DNA of 64,000 nt from Candidatus Methanoperedenaceae archaeon (GTDB lineage: Archaea; Halobacteriota; Methanosarcinia; Methanosarcinales; Methanoperedenaceae): positions 64,001-128,000 of the forward strand of contig CAVWCX010000024.1 in the NCBI GenBank assembly GCA_963753595.1, read 5' to 3'. The notes beneath the pieces were generated by a model. The model had not been told where the DNA came from and did no database searches. It saw only the letters and a program-made list of their open reading frames with translations. Positions 25,741 through 36,078 of this stretch are shown piece after piece. Positions within the stretch are counted from its first letter, which is position 1. Each line of letters begins with the position of its first letter. Position numbers and translations under genes: made by a program.

Positions 25741-28296
25741 TCATGAGATCTTCATCTTTCTGATATTCTTAATGCTTTTAATGACTTTATTCGAGTCCAT
25801 TGGTGTTTGAACTTGTGGAGATTTATGCACAAGATCAAAATCCGCTAAAATAATTCCTTCAAATCCTTTTTCAAGGTCGCACAACTTGGATGAATTATCA
25901 CCATCTCTCTTGCATCCGCTTTCTACTAAACGCCCGTAATAATCTCTGTGAAGCTGTCCGAATATTGATGTTCCTCCAAATAGTGCTGTGTTTGAAATTA
26001 TGATGTATGAAGGAATATTTGTAACATGGGCGTTAGCATATTCATGGAATCTCTCAATCCCTTTTGTTTCAGTATAAGATGGGCAGAAAATAATGTCTGT
26101 CTGATCACAAAATCTGGCATAATTTAGAAAATCTATGCATAAAAGTACCGAGAATGTTCCAAGATGAGTTTCATATCTGAACAGTTTATCACCGGATTTC
26201 ATTCCCCTGCCTGTTATCTCAGGGTCCTCAGGACGGGAGGGAGATTTCTTTAATTGGGGTGGCACTTCCAGGTTCATTATTACAGGACATTCATTAAAGT
26301 CGTTCTTATAATAACTCCCTCCAATAATTATCATATCAGGGTATCGATCCCTGATATCCTGCACCCATCCTTCACACATACAAAGCTCAGGCAAGCATGC
26401 AATATTAGTGCCGCAGCTTTTTGCTGTGTCAAGAGCTGAAATGATTTTCTGTTTGCACTCATCCTTTTTCTCAAGAGAAGGCGGGAAGGAATTTGTCAAT
26501 TGAAAACCGAACTGGATAGCAGCGATCCTGACAATATCTTGCTTTTGCTTATTCTCTTTATTGGCAGGCACAGTAATTATTGGCGGAATCTTAAAATTTT
26601 TATAAATTTCATTTAATTTGTTAAGTGTTGTTTCAAACATCCCCTGACTATCAAGATACTTTGCTTTTTTAAGGTCTTCAAGTATCTGAGCTCTTTTTTC
26701 TTCTGGAACATATTCACAGAATTTATTGAGAATTCCATTCATCTGCTCCAGGCTTTTGTCCTTTTTCAATTCATTTGATGAGGACAATTCATTGGCTTGT
26801 TTTACAGTCTCAAAACCCATTTCTTCAAGAGAAGTACCCCTTGTCTTCTTGCACAGCGCCTTTGCCTTATCTTGTATCTCTTCTGTTATCCCCTTATTCT
26901 TCTCGTCGATAATCGGCAGCCCCTTCCTGATCAATCTCGATGCACCCGGGGCTTTATTTTCAGTCGTTTTAAGCAGTTCACAGGCGCGGTCGCAGTACCG
27001 CCTGTATGCGTTGAGGTCGGATTTCGAAGCGTCGAAATCCCGCAAATTTTGCCCTTCCTTCAGCGCATTTCCAAGGTTCTCCACGGCTTCAAGCAGTTTC
27101 TCTTTGCTCTCCGAGCCTTCTACAGCGTTTTTTGCCTCTGCGAGATATTTATTCACTTCAGCCTCAGCTTCCTCTTTCTTGAAAGTCAAAGTGTAAAAAG
27201 AGCGGTAAAAAGGGAGGCAGAACTTTGCAGGGTTAAAAAAAGACGTCTCCTGTGAAGCTTTTTCAAAATATTGTATGGCTTCTTCCATATCCTTCTTGAA
27301 AACGTCTTCTTTTTCAGCGCCTTCAGCCCTGAATATAGAGACTTTGCCCAAAGAAAAATATGCCAATGCTCTGACATGGCCTTCTTTATCCCTTGTGAGC
27401 CAAATCAGGTCATCACATGCCTCTTGTTTGTGTTCATCAGGGATGTGGGGATATGCAGCACCGATGGCTTCAGTAACGTGCCATCGCACAAAAATGTCTT
27501 TGTCCTGCGTGAGCCGATGTAGGTCATCCCATGCCCGATTTTTATCAGGCATATTCGGGAAAACTGCACCAAGAGCCACAGCTACGCTCACCCGCGCCCC
27601 ACTATCTTCGTCCATAGCAAGGTGGTGCATGTCATCCCATGCCTGATTTTTATCTAACATCTGCAAAAATGCCGGGCCAATTGCATATACCACACTATCT
27701 ATCACATCGCTATCATCGTCCTTAGTGAGTCGTCGCAAATCGTCCCATGCCTGATTCTTATCAGGCAAATCCGAAAACACTGCCACCAGTGTATATCCAG
27801 CCTCCTCTCGCACACCGCTATCTTCGTCCTGAGTGAGATTATGCAGGTCGTTCCATGCCTGCTTTCTTTCAGGCACAAGTGAAAACGCTACACCAAGCGC
27901 TTCTGCTGCACTCTCTCGCGTTCCACTATTTTCATCCTGCGTGAGCTGGTGAAGGTCATCCCACGCCTGATTTTTATCAGGCACGTGTGAAAATGCTGCT
28001 CCAAGAGCACTTGCTGCACCTCCCCGCACAAAATTATCTTTGTCCTGAGTTAGCCGGTGCAAATCGCCCCACACCTGATTTTTATCAGATACGTATGAAA
28101 AAGCCACTCCAAGAGCACTTGCTGCACTTACCCGCACACAGCTCTTTTCATCCATAGTGAGCCGATGTAAGTCATCCCACCCCTGATTTTTGTCTGGAAA
28201 AGTTGTAAAATCATGGTAGAGTTGGTTCGCTGCCTCTTGCCGCTCCTCAACATCCTCGCTCCACGCCATCCTGTGAATTTCAGCTTGATCTTCCAC
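25741..28296 (-). CDS. HEAT-repeat protein fused to a C-terminal carbon-nitrogen hydrolase (nitrilase) domain
   Basis: About eight 39-aa repeats DKNQAWDDLHRLTQD.D..VR..AA.ALG.AF; helical linker; nitrilase IAAIQ, LPELC (E), QLKKSP (K), LLCIDF (C). Likely GTG start at 28296 after GAGG. Confidence 0.8.
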   Translation of the reverse strand: MEDQAEIHRMAWSEDVEERQEAANQLYHDFTTFPDKNQGWDDLHRLTMDEKSCVRVSAASALGVAFSYVSDKNQVWGDLHRLTQDKDNFVRGGAASALGAAFSHVPDKNQAWDDLHQLTQDENSGTRESAAEALGVAFSLVPERKQAWNDLHNLTQDEDSGVREEAGYTLVAVFSDLPDKNQAWDDLRRLTKDDDSDVIDSVVYAIGPAFLQMLDKNQAWDDMHHLAMDEDSGARVSVAVALGAVFPNMPDKNRAWDDLHRLTQDKDIFVRWHVTEAIGAAYPHIPDEHKQEACDDLIWLTRDKEGHVRALAYFSLGKVSIFRAEGAEKEDVFKKDMEEAIQYFEKASQETSFFNPAKFCLPFYRSFYTLTFKKEEAEAEVNKYLAEAKNAVEGSESKEKLLEAVENLGNALKEGQNLRDFDASKSDLNAYRRYCDRACELLKTTENKAPGASRLIRKGLPIIDEKNKGITEEIQDKAKALCKKTRGTSLEEMGFETVKQANELSSSNELKKDKSLEQMNGILNKFCEYVPEEKRAQILEDLKKAKYLDSQGMFETTLNKLNEIYKNFKIPPIITVPANKENKQKQDIVRIAAIQFGFQLTNSFPPSLEKKDECKQKIISALDTAKSCGTNIACLPELCMCEGWVQDIRDRYPDMIIIGGSYYKNDFNECPVIMNLEVPPQLKKSPSRPEDPEITGRGMKSGDKLFRYETHLGTFSVLLCIDFLNYARFCDQTDIIFCPSYTETKGIERFHEYANAHVTNIPSYIIISNTALFGGTSIFGQLHRDYYGRLVESGCKRDGDNSSKLCDLEKGFEGIILADFDLVHKSPQVQTPMDSNKVIKSIKNIRKMKIS

Positions 28297-28342
28297 GGAA
28301 CCTCTTGTTCTCAAACAGTATGAGATTTTAAAACAGTTTCGA

Positions 28343-30079
28343 TTATTCAGCGTCGGGAATTATTTTCTCCTCAACTCTATCTCCATCAGCCAGCATCCTC
28401 CCCACAACCGCCTCCATCAATTTCTCGCTATCTGCCTGTGAGCGCAAGAGTCCGGTTTCGAGCTTATCGCAGAAGGACATGAGCTGGTTTATTCTAGCAA
28501 CGATCCGGCGCTGTTCGGCGAGGGGAGGGAGAGGCAAAATAAGATTCTCAATGTACTTAAGAACCAAGTTTTTATTTCCAACCCCCATAGTATTCTTTTT
28601 GGATTGTGCTTTGACGAAAGGGGAATTTAATACCAATTCCAGATAATAAGGTGAACAAAATTGCTTAGAGAACTTTAAGAGCGATAAACTAACGAAAATG
28701 CTGAAATCTACTTCTACGTCAATTACTTTTGCGATTCCAGTAGTACCAACTTTTGTGAATAATACGTCATTGAACTCTGGTTTACATCGTTTTATAAGCT
28801 CTTCGTGTTCCTCTTTTGATATGTACCTTGTATTGGTCAAATCGATTTTTCCACTTGATATATCTTTTACAGATAGAAAAGGAACGCCGGTTGAAGTGTA
28901 AGTTGGTGTATGATGAGTCCCGTCTGTAATTTGGTTACAAATGGCATCAAGTCTTATCCATTCCCAACCTTTTGGAGCAATATAAGGTACATCCTCTGAT
29001 TCTATCGTTTGTAATGGTTTTATCTTCTTAATTTTCTTTTCTTTAATTAAGCGCTCTTTTTCAGCCAAAATCTTTTTGAGTAGAACTCCTGCCGGTTCAT
29101 CCTTTTCATCCTGCACTACAAGCTTTCCCATTACAGCAAGCTGCAATATCGCCTTCCGAAACTCACCGACATTCTCTGGCACATCATACAGCAAATCAAA
29201 ATTATCGCTAATGCACCGCCAACCCTCTGTAAACTCATCCAAGGCGCGGGCAGCGAACAACCGGTCAAGAGCGGCGCTGTTCAGGTATGTATGGCTTTCG
29301 TGCTTCTTCTGCTGGCACGCCTCAAGTTCATCGCAGAGGGACATGAGCTGATCGACTTTGGTGACGATGCGGTGCTGTTCATTAGAAGGCGGAAGCGGCA
29401 CTAAACCCAAATAGAGCTTTCCATCATTGATGGCTGGATATGCCACCCCTGTCATTTCTGATTCAACAAAAGCAATGAAAGGTTTACTCCGAAGATAATA
29501 ATACAGATATTTATTTAAAACCCCAGATAATGGATGTAATACTGCAAAAGCAGTGCTTACTATTGGTTCTGGTTCGATTTCTTTATCAACGACTGCAATA
29601 TTTAAAAGATAAGGACGAACAGTTGCATAAATTACTGTCCCTTTAGAAACAATCTTCCTTGCTCGCGAAGGAGCTTCATTTGGCTTTAGAATCTGTACAT
29701 CATCGGATATTATTCCATGCTCTTTATCAATAGCGGATACATCAATATAAGTAAACTCCACATCAGGTTTTTTTTGCCCCCAATCATGGCATAAATCACC
29801 AAGGCGAACCCATTCCCATACTTTAGGCAGGTTGTATGGGATTTTAGTTTCATCGACTGTTGGCAATGCCCTTGCATTATTAATTTTTTTCTCTTTAACC
29901 AGACGCTCTTTTTCTGCTTTAATATTTTTAATCAGAGTCGATGCCGACTCATCCTTCTCATCCTGCTCCACCAGCTTCCCCCTCACAGCCAGTTGTAATA
30001 TCATCTCACGCAGCTTCTTTACCCCGTTCGGCGCCTCTGCCAGCACATCAAAATTATCGAAAAAAGTCTCAAACTTCAT
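28343..30079 (-). CDS. hsdS: Type I RM specificity subunit
   Basis: Two TRDs with conserved LP..WEWVRL and PLPP..EQ.RIV repeats; ILQLAVRGKLV. Confidence 0.95.
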   Translation of the reverse strand: MKFETFFDNFDVLAEAPNGVKKLREMILQLAVRGKLVEQDEKDESASTLIKNIKAEKERLVKEKKINNARALPTVDETKIPYNLPKVWEWVRLGDLCHDWGQKKPDVEFTYIDVSAIDKEHGIISDDVQILKPNEAPSRARKIVSKGTVIYATVRPYLLNIAVVDKEIEPEPIVSTAFAVLHPLSGVLNKYLYYYLRSKPFIAFVESEMTGVAYPAINDGKLYLGLVPLPPSNEQHRIVTKVDQLMSLCDELEACQQKKHESHTYLNSAALDRLFAARALDEFTEGWRCISDNFDLLYDVPENVGEFRKAILQLAVMGKLVVQDEKDEPAGVLLKKILAEKERLIKEKKIKKIKPLQTIESEDVPYIAPKGWEWIRLDAICNQITDGTHHTPTYTSTGVPFLSVKDISSGKIDLTNTRYISKEEHEELIKRCKPEFNDVLFTKVGTTGIAKVIDVEVDFSIFVSLSLLKFSKQFCSPYYLELVLNSPFVKAQSKKNTMGVGNKNLVLKYIENLILPLPPLAEQRRIVARINQLMSFCDKLETGLLRSQADSEKLMEAVVGRMLADGDRVEEKIIPDAE

Positions 30080-31539
30080 GTTTTCTTCACTTCAAGCGCA
30101 GCCTTAAGCTCATTTTTAAGCGCGTTGCGCATCTCTGCAATTCCCGCAAGCAGCGTGCGATACTCAGCCAGCAGCTCTTCAGGGTCGCGATGTGCGTTGT
30201 TCACCACGCTTGGATTCTTGATATCCAGATTGTACCCACCGGCTTTTATCTCATCAATCGAAACCTTCCATGCTCGTTCATTCTTCTCGCGCTTGTGCCA
30301 CCATGCCTTCTCAGGCTCAAACTCTTCGATGCGGATGGGCTTTGTCTTGTTGTAGGATTTTACCCCGTTCGGATAGGGATGCTCGTAAAACCATATCTCC
30401 TTTGTCTTAGCGCCTTTTGTGAAAAAGAGCAGGTTTGTCTTGATGCCCGTATATGGGCTGAAAACACCATTGGGCAGGCGCACTATTGTATGAAGGTTGC
30501 ACTCCTCAAGCAGCTTTTCCTTTATGCGCGTCTTCACACCCTCGCCAAACAGCGTGCCGTCAGGAAGAACGATGGCGCCGCGTCCTGCGTCTTTCAGGAG
30601 ATGCGTAATAAGGATAAGGAATAGGTCTGCGGTCTCCCGTGTGCGGTATGTTGCGGGGAAATTGGATTCAATGCCGTCCTCCTCCATGCCTCCGAATGGT
30701 GGATTTGTTACTATGACGTCCACCTTATCCGCAGAGCCATAATCGCGAAGCGGTCTTGCAAGGGTATTATCATGCCGTATCTGGGAAGGCACCTCGATGC
30801 CATGGAGCAGCATATTGGTAACGCACAGAAGGTGAGGAAGCGGCTTCTTCTCTACACCAGAAATGGAGCGCTGGAGCTTTTCTTCATCCTCTACGCTTTT
30901 TACATATTTCGTGCGGATATTGTTGATAGCGCAGGCGATAAAACCGCCTGTGCCGCATGCGGGATCTAGGAATTTTTCGCCGAGTTTGGGATCGACTATA
31001 TCCACCATGAACTGGGTGACTGCGCGCGGGGTATAGTATTCACCCGCATTGCCCGCGCTCTGGAGATCTCGCAATATTTGCTCATATATGTCCCCGAACA
31101 GGTGTCGGTCTTCTGCTTTGTTAAAATCTATCTCATTGATCTTGTTGACGACCTGTCTGATGAGCGTGCCGTTTTTCATGTAGTTGTAGGAATCCGTGAA
31201 TACTTCTCGCAGAACAAAGCCTCGCCTGTCATTCTCTGAATTCAGGGATAGGTCTTTTAGCGTTTTAAAAAGGTCATTATTCACAAAATCCAGCAGTTCC
31301 TCGCCAGTGATTCCTTCAGGATTAGAAGCCCAATTGCGCCAACGTAACCGCTCAGGTATAGAAGTGTGATAGTCATCCTTCAGCAATTCATATTCCTTCT
31401 CCCTGTCATCGAATATCTTCAGGAATATCATCCATCCAAGCTGGCTGATGCGCTGGGCGTCGCCATCCACGCCAGCGTCTTTTCTCATTATATCTTGAAT
31501 AGTCTTGATTGTCGTACTGATAGCCATTATTTTTCCCAT
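30076..31539 (-). CDS. hsdM: Type I RM N6-adenine methyltransferase
   Basis: GEYYTPR, DPACGTGGF, NPPFGG. Confidence 0.96.
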   Translation of the reverse strand: MGKIMAISTTIKTIQDIMRKDAGVDGDAQRISQLGWMIFLKIFDDREKEYELLKDDYHTSIPERLRWRNWASNPEGITGEELLDFVNNDLFKTLKDLSLNSENDRRGFVLREVFTDSYNYMKNGTLIRQVVNKINEIDFNKAEDRHLFGDIYEQILRDLQSAGNAGEYYTPRAVTQFMVDIVDPKLGEKFLDPACGTGGFIACAINNIRTKYVKSVEDEEKLQRSISGVEKKPLPHLLCVTNMLLHGIEVPSQIRHDNTLARPLRDYGSADKVDVIVTNPPFGGMEEDGIESNFPATYRTRETADLFLILITHLLKDAGRGAIVLPDGTLFGEGVKTRIKEKLLEECNLHTIVRLPNGVFSPYTGIKTNLLFFTKGAKTKEIWFYEHPYPNGVKSYNKTKPIRIEEFEPEKAWWHKREKNERAWKVSIDEIKAGGYNLDIKNPSVVNNAHRDPEELLAEYRTLLAGIAEMRNALKNELKAALEVKKT

Positions 31540-31590
31540 CGTTTATTTTTCAATTTGAATAACCGTATGAAAACAGAATCCGAAGCAATA

Positions 31591-31943
31591 AATCTGCGTT
31601 CATCTGCGTTTATCTGCGGTTTGTATTTGATCTAAACAATATTAACATCGAACTGATACGAACTGGAACGAACTCACAGAAGAGTTCGTTTTGAGTTCGT
31701 CGGAGTGAGTTGTTATCGTTTTTCCATCCTATGTTTTGAGAGTCAGTTTGAATCGAACACGGATGACACGGATGACACGGATTGCGCGGATTTCCACGGA
31801 TACGAAATCCGTGCGTATCCGCGTCATCCGCGCGATCCGTGTTCTATGTCATGATTTTTTCCAACCGTTGATTTTTAGACAGGATAACAGGATTCACAGG
31901 ATACATGATAAAATATTATCCTGTCGATCCTGTAAATCCGGTC
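31591..31943. repeat. Cluster of four different periodic repeats/palindromes in the hsdR-hsdM spacer
   Basis: ATCTGCG arm 31591-31621; CGAACT/AGTTCG palindrome 31649-31700; CACGGAT palindrome 31755-31844; ACAGGAT/ATCCTGT palindrome 31878-31943. Confidence 0.88.
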
Positions 31944-31959
31944 TGATTTTCACAAATAC

Positions 31960-34251
31960 TCAAGCCTCTGCCATATATATTTGCGTTTCCAGTCCACGAA
32001 GCGCCGCAAGATACTTATCTTTTCCTCCAAAGATGCTGATTATCTCAAATGGAGTGCCCAGTTGATTTATAGGCTGGACTTTTAGCACCTCCATATTTTC
32101 AATATTCCCTATTCCTTCATCAGCATATTTATCAAGAAGCGCATTAAGAACAGCTCGCGCTTTCTCGCCATACACGGAAAAGTAGTTCTTCTTTCGAACA
32201 GCAGCCGCTCGTTCCTTGCGGGATAGAGGCGGTTTATCATAAACCACATGGCAAATAAGATCAAAAGGATCAAAGTCCTTTCCAACTTCTTCCTCCAGCG
32301 CATGAAGCAGGAGTCCCTGCCCTTCAAGTTCCTGGATGATCAAGTCCTTTTTCTCTGCTTTGCTCCACCTGGCAAGAAATGAATCAAGCGACGCAAACTC
32401 CTTTCTAACTGTGTTACGAGTGTAATCCTTAAGTGATTCAGTGATCAGTTTTCCTTGCTTGTCATAATACTGTACACGCTCAGCCACAACTTTAACCGGC
32501 ACATCATTAACAAAATATTTTATGCGCTTTGAGCCATCATCCGGCGGCAACGGAGGATCGTGAGGTCCCGGATTATAAACGGAATCAGGAGGCCCATCGA
32601 ATTTCGGGTCAGCAAAAAGCTCGGTCGCTTTCTTAAAATCCATTATCGTAAAAAAGAATTTGTTGAAATCCTCATTAATGCGCGTTCCCCTGCCAATGAT
32701 TTGCTTGAAAACCGTCATTGACTGGATTCGCTGGTCAAGGACAATGAGCTTGCAAGTTTGTGCATCAACGCCAGTATTCATAAGTTTGGAAGTGGTCGCA
32801 ATCACAGGGTAGCGGCTCTCAGGCAGAATAAAGTTATCAAGTTCAGCTTTACCTTCTGCATTATCCCCGGTTATACGCATAACGTATTTTCTATTTTGTG
32901 CCACAAGATCGGCATTTTCGTTAGTTAGCGCCTGCCTCATTCGTTCTGCATGGTCAATATCTTCACAGAACACGATGGTTTTATCAAAACGGTCTGTTGC
33001 TTTCAGGAACTCTGTCACTTTCCATGCCACTAACTGAGTGCGTTGGTCAATAACAAGCGTCCTATCAAAATCCTTCTGGTTGTAAATCCTGTCCTCGATA
33101 TCCTGGCCATACTTATCCTGTTTGCCCTTCTCTGGTCTCCAGCCAGTTAGGTCTTTATCAAGGTCGATCCGTATGACCTTATACGGTGCAAGGAATCCAT
33201 CTTCTATTCCCTGTTTGAGTGAATAGGTATAGATTGGCTCACCAAAATAATGGATATTGGAGATATCTTTTGTTTCTTTCGGGGTTGCAGTCATTCCAAT
33301 TTGCGTGGCGCAAGTGAAGTAATCCAGTATCTCTCTCCATGCTGATTCCTCGGCAGCGCTTCCGCGGTGACATTCATCCACTACGACAAGATCAAAGAAA
33401 TCCCGCGAAAACTGTTTATATATATTTCTCCATTCCTCGGACCCGGAAACAGCCTGGTAAAGTGAAAGATAAATTTCAAATGAAGTATCTACATTTCGAT
33501 TTTCAATCTTTGTCATTGCTGTACCGAACGGCTTAAAATCATTCGTTTTGGTCTGATCTATCAGGATGTTGCGGTCAGCCAGATACAGGATGCGTTTTTT
33601 TGTGCGTGATTTCCATAAACGCCAGATTATCTCAAAAGCAGTAAAAGTCTTCCCGGTCCCAGTTGCCATGACCAATAGAATGCGGTTTTGTCCTTTTGCA
33701 ATTGCTTCAATCGTCCTGTTAATTGCAATAGTTTGATAATACCGCGGAACTTTGCCGCTGCCATCCGAATAATAATTCTGTGTAACAATTTGCTGTTTTG
33801 TTTCATCAATTCCTTTATATGCACAGTAGCGTTTCCACAGAACTTCAGGGGATGGAAAAGCATCGAGATTAAGCTCTTTTTCAACTTGCCCGGATGTTAT
33901 GCTGAAATCATGTTCCAGGAAACCATCTCCGTTGGTGCTATATACAAAAGGCACGTCCAACATCTCAGCATAAACCAACGCTTGTTGCATCCCATCGCCT
34001 ACGATATAATTATTAGCCTTTGCCTCAATTACAGCTATTGGAATATTGAGCTTGTAGTATAATATATAATCAGCTCGCCTCGACTCTCCTCGGCTTATAT
34101 TGGAACCTTTAATTATTATTCGACCTTTTGTGAATGTCACTTCTTCACGAATCTGAGTGTAAACATTCCATCCGGCTCTTAAGATTGCAGGAGTTACGTA
34201 TTTAGTGCAAATATCCCGTTCGCTTAGAGCTTTCTTGTCGATTGTTTCCAT
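31960..34251 (-). CDS. hsdR: Type I RM restriction subunit (EcoAI/EcoEI-like)
   Basis: RADYIL..IEAK nuclease, [27 protein letters not shown], EcoEI-type C-terminus. Confidence 0.95.
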   Translation of the reverse strand: METIDKKALSERDICTKYVTPAILRAGWNVYTQIREEVTFTKGRIIIKGSNISRGESRRADYILYYKLNIPIAVIEAKANNYIVGDGMQQALVYAEMLDVPFVYSTNGDGFLEHDFSITSGQVEKELNLDAFPSPEVLWKRYCAYKGIDETKQQIVTQNYYSDGSGKVPRYYQTIAINRTIEAIAKGQNRILLVMATGTGKTFTAFEIIWRLWKSRTKKRILYLADRNILIDQTKTNDFKPFGTAMTKIENRNVDTSFEIYLSLYQAVSGSEEWRNIYKQFSRDFFDLVVVDECHRGSAAEESAWREILDYFTCATQIGMTATPKETKDISNIHYFGEPIYTYSLKQGIEDGFLAPYKVIRIDLDKDLTGWRPEKGKQDKYGQDIEDRIYNQKDFDRTLVIDQRTQLVAWKVTEFLKATDRFDKTIVFCEDIDHAERMRQALTNENADLVAQNRKYVMRITGDNAEGKAELDNFILPESRYPVIATTSKLMNTGVDAQTCKLIVLDQRIQSMTVFKQIIGRGTRINEDFNKFFFTIMDFKKATELFADPKFDGPPDSVYNPGPHDPPLPPDDGSKRIKYFVNDVPVKVVAERVQYYDKQGKLITESLKDYTRNTVRKEFASLDSFLARWSKAEKKDLIIQELEGQGLLLHALEEEVGKDFDPFDLICHVVYDKPPLSRKERAAAVRKKNYFSVYGEKARAVLNALLDKYADEGIGNIENMEVLKVQPINQLGTPFEIISIFGGKDKYLAALRGLETQIYMAEA

Positions 34252-34367
34252 TTCCCTCTTAGTCCAGTAAGCAAGAACATCCTGTCATGCGGATACAACA
34301 TATAACTTAGTATATATATATAAGCATGTTGTTTTAAAATCATAGTATCTATCACACTAAACTCCCT

Positions 34368-34500
34368 CCTCTCCTCCCTGAAAACCCGCCAGCTTGAAGC
34401 TATAAAACACACCCGGTCCTACAACTGATCCTCGCAGGCGCAGGCAAGACCAAGACCATTACCGCCAGGATCGCACATATTGTCCAAAAAGAAATGATCT
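34368..34500 (+). pseudogene. UvrD/PcrA-like helicase 5'-end fragment
   Basis: LSSLKTRQLEAIKHT /frameshift/ LQLILAGAGKTKTITARIAHIVQKE, resembling the Q motif and Walker A of SF1 helicases. A degenerate second copy at ~35597-35670 shares CTCCCTGAAAACCCGC. Confidence 0.7.
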
Positions 34501-34562
34501 CGAATACAAAACCTTTATTTATTCAAAAATGAATAAATTGATTCAAAAATGAATAGGTAATC

Positions 34563-35162
34563 ATGAAATTTCACAATATCCTGGATGAAATGCTGGGCAA
34601 TAAGACAAAAGTGAGACTTCTCAGGGCATTCTTCACATATCCTGAAAAAGGATTCACAGAAAGTGAACTTGAGAGGATAGCGGGAATACCGCAGGCAAGC
34701 GTCCACAGGAACGTAAAATCTCTCCAAGACAATGGATTGCTCGACAGAAAGCGGATCGGTAAAGCAAATCTATATTCATTGAACAAAGAACATATTCTTT
34801 ATCTGCTCCTCTATCGCAATTTTGAAGCTGAGAGAAATGTTCTCGTGGAACTCAAAAACATTATTGAAGAATCGGTCAAAAACCTTCCTCAAATTGAGCT
34901 TGTTGTTCTTTTTGGCAGCATCGTAAAAGGGATGGAAAGAGCAGACAGCGATGTAGATATCTTTATAGTCTTCAAAGGTGAAAAGTCAAAATTAGAAGAT
35001 AAATTGACAGTCCTGGCAAATATTTCTCAAAATAAATTCGGCAATCCTGTATCACTGATGATAAAGAACAATGAAGAACTTCAGGACTTGAAAACCAGGT
35101 CAATTTTCAGTGAAATAAAAAACGGAGAAATCATCTTCAAGCGAGAGGGGTTTGAATGGTAA
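34563..35162 (+). CDS. HTH-MNT nucleotidyltransferase antitoxin
   Basis: N-terminal wHTH; VVLFGSIVKG...DSDVDIFIV. Confidence 0.85.
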   Translation: MKFHNILDEMLGNKTKVRLLRAFFTYPEKGFTESELERIAGIPQASVHRNVKSLQDNGLLDRKRIGKANLYSLNKEHILYLLLYRNFEAERNVLVELKNIIEESVKNLPQIELVVLFGSIVKGMERADSDVDIFIVFKGEKSKLEDKLTVLANISQNKFGNPVSLMIKNNEELQDLKTRSIFSEIKNGEIIFKREGFEW

Positions 35163-35566
35163 GAGGTATAGTTACCAAACCTGCAAGGATAGGTTCAGAC
35201 AAAATATATCTAACCAAAGCCAGGGATTTCTTAGAAGGTGCCATAATGGAGACAGAGAAAGAGAATTGGAACTCGGCAGCTGTCCTCTCGATCCATGCCG
35301 TCATTAGTGCAAGCGATGCGATATGTTCTAAATTTTTACAGCTACGCCATGGTGGAGTGGATCATATGCAGGCAGTAGAACTTCTGGGCAATCTTCCTTT
35401 TGAAAGATCTGAAATCGAATCAAAGCTGAAACAAGCAAGAAGGATAATATCATTGAAGAATGCCGCTGAATATGAAGACAGGCTGATCAAACAAACTGAA
35501 GCGCAAGAAATGCTAAAGGATGCCCAGCGACTTGTTGAATGGATCGAAAATAAGCTTGGAAAATAA
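35156..35566 (+). CDS. HEPN-domain protein (MNT-HEPN pair)
   Basis: YLTKARDFL, AVISASDA, LKNAAEYE, AQRLVEWI; overlaps the MNT gene. Confidence 0.8.
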   Translation: MVRGIVTKPARIGSDKIYLTKARDFLEGAIMETEKENWNSAAVLSIHAVISASDAICSKFLQLRHGGVDHMQAVELLGNLPFERSEIESKLKQARRIISLKNAAEYEDRLIKQTEAQEMLKDAQRLVEWIENKLGK

Positions 35567-35742
35567 TATACAAAATAGGGTGATATCTATGTTATTCTCC
35601 CTCTCCCTGAAAACCCGCAAGCTCTCACCCATTAGCCATACCCAGGCCCCCCCAGCTGATATTGGAGGCGGTTGGATTCTATCATGGATGCCTTCTTGTC
35701 CTGGCAATTATAATATGATCAAGATCCCAAAGAAAATCGCAC

Positions 35743-36069
35743 ATGAATATTAATATGACTTTAATTAAAGAATTACTTATTTTAATTATGTTACTCCAGA
35801 TAGTGCCTTTCCTGATTTATGGCATCGATAAATTGTTCGCCAGATTGGGCTTCTTCAGGATACCTGAAAAAGCACTTTTGGCCACTACTTTTCTTTTTGG
35901 GATCATAGGTTCTATAGCTGCAATGATGATCTTCAAGCATAAAACAAGAAAAGCCTCTTTCAAGCATGATTTCACAGTAATTGTGTTATTAAGGATTATT
36001 GTGCTGGTTTCTTTGGGTTTGATTTTGATGAATAACCCAACAGTTCGGCTGTGGAGAACTTTATTCTAA
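35743..36069 (+). CDS. DUF1294 membrane protein
   Basis: FLIYGIDK..A....RIPEKAL.....G..G...AM..FKHKTRK. Confidence 0.85.
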   Translation: MNINMTLIKELLILIMLLQIVPFLIYGIDKLFARLGFFRIPEKALLATTFLFGIIGSIAAMMIFKHKTRKASFKHDFTVIVLLRIIVLVSLGLILMNNPTVRLWRTLF

Positions 36070-36078
36070 CCTTTATTT

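Noticed and set aside
25205-30079. Classical invertible hsdS shufflon
   Set aside because: The extra hsdS pieces are direct repeats without TRDs, and no recombinase is present in the window.
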